Of a stretch of 64,000 nucleotides of DNA, positions 61,050-64,000 are shown in pieces. The stretch spans positions 3,042 through 67,041 of the forward strand of contig MHSA01000011.1 of the NCBI GenBank assembly GCA_001821135.1, written 5' to 3'. Under the pieces are notes generated by a model. The model was not told the origin of the DNA, searched no databases, and saw nothing but the letters and a program-made list of their open reading frames with translations. The DNA comes from Candidatus Taylorbacteria bacterium RIFCSPLOWO2_01_FULL_48_100 (GTDB lineage Bacteria; Patescibacteriota; Minisyncoccia; Phycocordibacterales; UBA10002). Numbering within the stretch: position 1 is the first letter of the stretch; each line of letters opens with the position of its first letter. A program made the position numbers and the translations under genes.

Positions 61050-61862
61050 ATGTATTGGAAAATAATGAGTATAGTCGCTATATTAGGTATCTCGGCTCTT
61101 GTGCAGTATGTGCTGTTGCAAAAAGAAACCGACGAACCTGCTGGAACTTCTAGCACTACGCCATTTGCGTCTTCTACTATCCCAGATGTACACATTACAG
61201 ATTCATCTGGTGGCGGATATATCGTTACACCTGAGCCGCTTCCGAATGACTCCGCTCGCCCGAAGGCGCCGGATGTTAATGCGCTTATTGCCGATATTGT
61301 TCCAAAAAACGATTATGAAAAACTTGTGTTTTCTAATCTTACAAAAGCGCGCGACGCGCTCCGCGACGACCCTAAGAGTTACAATGATTGGCTCACGGTC
61401 GGCACATCGCTCAAGCAGTTGGAAGAATACAAAGGCGCGAGCGATGCCTGGTTCTATGTCGCCGCGCTGTGGCCTGACCAGCCGGTGCCGCACGGCAATC
61501 TCGGCTCTCTTTACCATTTGTATCTGAAAGATTTTCCAAAATCGGAGGCCGAATACAATAAAGCGATTGCATTGGACCCGACGCAGAGCGCGTGGCACCG
61601 AGGACTTTATGAGTTGTATGTCTATTCTTACAAAACAAAAACAAATCTATGGGAAGAAGCACTCAAAGCGGGTATTTCACAAAGCGGCTCTATTGACCTG
61701 CGCGTAGTACTTGCCGAACGATATGAAAAAGCGGGGCGTTTTACGGATGCGGTTGCTCTGTATGATGACGCGCTTGCCGTTGCAGAGGCGTACCCCAATA
61801 CAGAAGCGATTATTAACCAGATTATCGGGCTTCGCGCCGCCGCGCGTGCGAACATAAAATAG
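61050..61862 (+). CDS. Membrane-anchored TPR-repeat protein
   Basis: N-terminal TM helix (IVAILGISALVQYVLL), then TPR-like helical repeats. Start set downstream of the terminator, since the 5' extension of the tracked ORF overlaps it. Confidence 0.55.
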   Translation: MYWKIMSIVAILGISALVQYVLLQKETDEPAGTSSTTPFASSTIPDVHITDSSGGGYIVTPEPLPNDSARPKAPDVNALIADIVPKNDYEKLVFSNLTKARDALRDDPKSYNDWLTVGTSLKQLEEYKGASDAWFYVAALWPDQPVPHGNLGSLYHLYLKDFPKSEAEYNKAIALDPTQSAWHRGLYELYVYSYKTKTNLWEEALKAGISQSGSIDLRVVLAERYEKAGRFTDAVALYDDALAVAEAYPNTEAIINQIIGLRAAARANIK

Positions 61863-61863
61863 T

Positions 61864-63951
61864 ATGGCTATTTCTTTTGAAAAAGTCCTTCGCTTCACCT
61901 CGCTCGGCGCGCTGTTTGCGGCTCTTCTCGTTCCGCTTTATGTTTCGGGAGAACTCTTCTTCCCGTTTATCAGCGGAAAGAATTTTGCATTTCGGATTCT
62001 TATTGAGATTGCATTTGCAGCGTGGCTTGTATTGGCGTTTCGTAATCCATCATACCGCCCCAGGAAATCATGGCTTATGTGGAGTATTTTGTTTTTTGTC
62101 GCGGCACTTGGCGTTTCTGTTATTCTTGCGGAAGACCCATATAAAAGCTTCTGGTCAAACTTTGAACGGATGGAAGGATTTATCGGCATAGCGCATTTTG
62201 CGCTTGCGTTTCTGGTAGCAGGAAGCGTCTTTCGCGCCGCCGATTGGCGGAGGTTTGTCCTCGGGTCGCTTGGCGTCAATGTTTTTATTCTCGGTTACGC
62301 ATTGCTTCAATTCTCGGGTATTCTTTCTATTAACCAGGGCGGGGTGCGCGTAGACGCAACTCTCGGTAATGCTATTTATCTAGGTGTCTATGCTCTTTTT
62401 CATATATTTTTCTCCATTCTTGCCGCGTATAATGCACGCAAAGAAGGCAGAAGCGTATGGCTGATTGGCTGTTTCGCGGCACTTGCGTTCGGTAATGTTG
62501 TACTTGTATTTCTTTCCGCGACTCGCAGTATCGTTCTTGGGCTTTTCGCGGCGTTTGTCGTTTCTTCCCTTTTTCTTGTATTTTCGCGCGCCGCGCCGCG
62601 GCGCACGCGGATGGTTGGAGCAGTCGGTCTCGTTCTCGCAGCGCTCGCTGTTGGCGGGTTTTTTGCGGCGCGCGAAATAACCGTACTCCGCAATCACCCT
62701 ATGTTCGGTCGCATTCTTTCAATCTCTTTCGTAAATGATGATGCCGCTGCGCGGTTCACGATATGGAACATTGCCCTAAAAGGATTCGCGGAACGGCCGC
62801 TTTTTGGCTGGGGGCAGGAGGGTTTCAGTTTCCCATTCAGCAAACACTATGACCCGAGCTTGTATGGCAGGGAACAATGGTTTGACCGCGCGCATAACAC
62901 TTATTTGGATTGGCTGGTGGCGGCGGGCATATTCGGGTTTCTTGCATATCTTGCTCTTTGGATTTCCGCAGGCCGCGCCGTTTTTCGCAGAGATAGATTT
63001 TCTCCTGCGGAGCGCGCGCTCTTCGCCGGTTTTGGCGCGGCGTACGCAGTCAACAGCATATTTGTGTTTGACAACGGTGTGAGTTATTTCTTGTTGTGTA
63101 TGCTTCTTGCCTACATACATTTTCGCGAAACAGAAGGGGCGGCTCCTCTCTTTTCAACAACCGCTATTCTTCAGAATGGCGCGCTGGCGCGCGCATTCGC
63201 GCCGACCGTTTTGATAATACTTTCGGTGTCGCTCTATTGGTTTAATGCGCGGCCTGCGTATGCAGGAGCCATGCTTCTTAATGCGCTTCATCCTCATCCC
63301 GACGGACCTCTGGAAAATCTAGCAATTTTCCGCAGGGCGCTCGCGCTCAACTCGTTTGCAACTGCGGAAATACGGGAACAACTTGCGCAAGTAACGACTG
63401 CGGTCGCCCAAATTGCCGATGTTCCGGTCGCCGTCAAGCAGGAATTTTTAGCTCTCGCCGCAAGCGAGTTGGACAAAGAAATCAAAAAACGCCCCGCTGA
63501 CGCTCGTTACTATACTTTTATGGGAGCGTTGCTTGACGCTTTCCACTTATATGAACAAGGATTTCCCTATTGGAAAGAGGGTCTCGCGCGCTCGCCTAAA
63601 AAGCAAATGCTTCTCTTTCAGATAGGCACTAATCGGTTTAATGCTGGGAAACTTGAAGATGCCGCGGCATATTTCAGAGATGCATATCTGTTGAATCCCA
63701 ACAATCACGAAGCAGTTATTGTGTATGCATCCGTCCTTATATATGCCGGCGATAAAGAAACCGAACAAAAAGTATTAGCGACGCCGTCGTATGCGCAAAA
63801 TTCTTCCGATGATGTGCGGCTCGTTACTGCGTACGAAACCGTTGGCCGTATCAGTGATGCGATTACGCTGATTATGAGGCGTCTTGAGCGTGAACCGAAC
63901 AATAAAACATTTCAGCAAAAATTAGAGCAATTGGAAAAACTTAAGCGATGA
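61864..63951 (+). CDS. O-antigen ligase/Wzy_C-family polytopic membrane protein fused to C-terminal TPR repeats (candidate O-oligosaccharyltransferase, e.g. for pilin or surface-protein glycosylation)
   Basis: About 12 TM helices with the Wzy_C loop motif RAHNTYLDWLVAAGIFG. C-terminal TPR region (NAGKLEDAAAYFRDAYLLNPNNHEA...). Confidence 0.65.
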   Translation: MAISFEKVLRFTSLGALFAALLVPLYVSGELFFPFISGKNFAFRILIEIAFAAWLVLAFRNPSYRPRKSWLMWSILFFVAALGVSVILAEDPYKSFWSNFERMEGFIGIAHFALAFLVAGSVFRAADWRRFVLGSLGVNVFILGYALLQFSGILSINQGGVRVDATLGNAIYLGVYALFHIFFSILAAYNARKEGRSVWLIGCFAALAFGNVVLVFLSATRSIVLGLFAAFVVSSLFLVFSRAAPRRTRMVGAVGLVLAALAVGGFFAAREITVLRNHPMFGRILSISFVNDDAAARFTIWNIALKGFAERPLFGWGQEGFSFPFSKHYDPSLYGREQWFDRAHNTYLDWLVAAGIFGFLAYLALWISAGRAVFRRDRFSPAERALFAGFGAAYAVNSIFVFDNGVSYFLLCMLLAYIHFRETEGAAPLFSTTAILQNGALARAFAPTVLIILSVSLYWFNARPAYAGAMLLNALHPHPDGPLENLAIFRRALALNSFATAEIREQLAQVTTAVAQIADVPVAVKQEFLALAASELDKEIKKRPADARYYTFMGALLDAFHLYEQGFPYWKEGLARSPKKQMLLFQIGTNRFNAGKLEDAAAYFRDAYLLNPNNHEAVIVYASVLIYAGDKETEQKVLATPSYAQNSSDDVRLVTAYETVGRISDAITLIMRRLEREPNNKTFQQKLEQLEKLKR

Positions 63952-64000
63952 ATACTCACCTCTTATCTCGCGCAGGTGCCGGCGCACTTTTTCTAGTTCC

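Noticed and set aside
1-64000. CRISPR array
   Set aside because: The only short tandem repeats are the TACGAAT arrays (8-10 bp period) and the 14-bp iteron motif. These are too short and irregular, with no spacer structure and no cas genes. The Cas2-like fold in 4386-4958 is a PaaX-type regulator domain, not a CRISPR context.

Overview
This window is a gene-dense chromosomal segment that looks like a small-genome, Patescibacteria/CPR-type bacterium. That assignment is an inference from gene content, tRNA structure and the absence of biosynthetic genes. No rRNA gene and no CRISPR array is present.

The backbone is housekeeping. It includes ruvB (partial), ruvA, ruvX, polA, recO, recA, ftsK, ssb, tatD and efp. 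It includes ribosomal proteins S20, L19, L11, S6 and S18, plus secE and nusG. It includes ArgRS, IleRS, GlyRS and MetRS, tsaE, uppS, folD, and a complete dTMP-synthesis cluster (folA, dcd, thyA, dCMP deaminase, tmk, glyA). There is a type IV pilus set (pilB, then pilM/N/O about 17 kb away), seven tRNAs, and cell-surface genes (a 1211-aa PG-binding surface protein and an O-antigen-ligase/TPR protein).

Accessory or unusual content:
- A complete diversity-generating retroelement at 16889-19281. It has a target gene with a C-terminal VR, a TR with strictly adenine-specific TR-to-VR differences, a frameshifted avd and a reverse transcriptase.
- Two paralogous two-gene modules, each a small DUF5678-like protein followed by a clan-AA retropepsin-like aspartic protease. 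Both sit next to tRNA genes (15368-15993 and 25121-25921).
- A family of G/C-rich modular palindromic repeats with at least eight copies. Four are inserted in-frame into essential genes (tsaE, polA, folA, argS), as described for Rickettsia palindromic elements.
- An isoleucyl-tRNA synthetase carrying an inserted histidine-phosphatase (PGM/SixA-like) domain.
- An AT-rich locus with iteron-like ATGTCCTTTATAAA repeats in and upstream of a winged-helix protein gene.
- A dispersed tandem TACGAAT element, and toxin-antitoxin genes (Phd/RelE pair, solo MazF-like toxin).
- A PaaX/Cas2-fold regulator bracketed by two related 40-bp palindromes.
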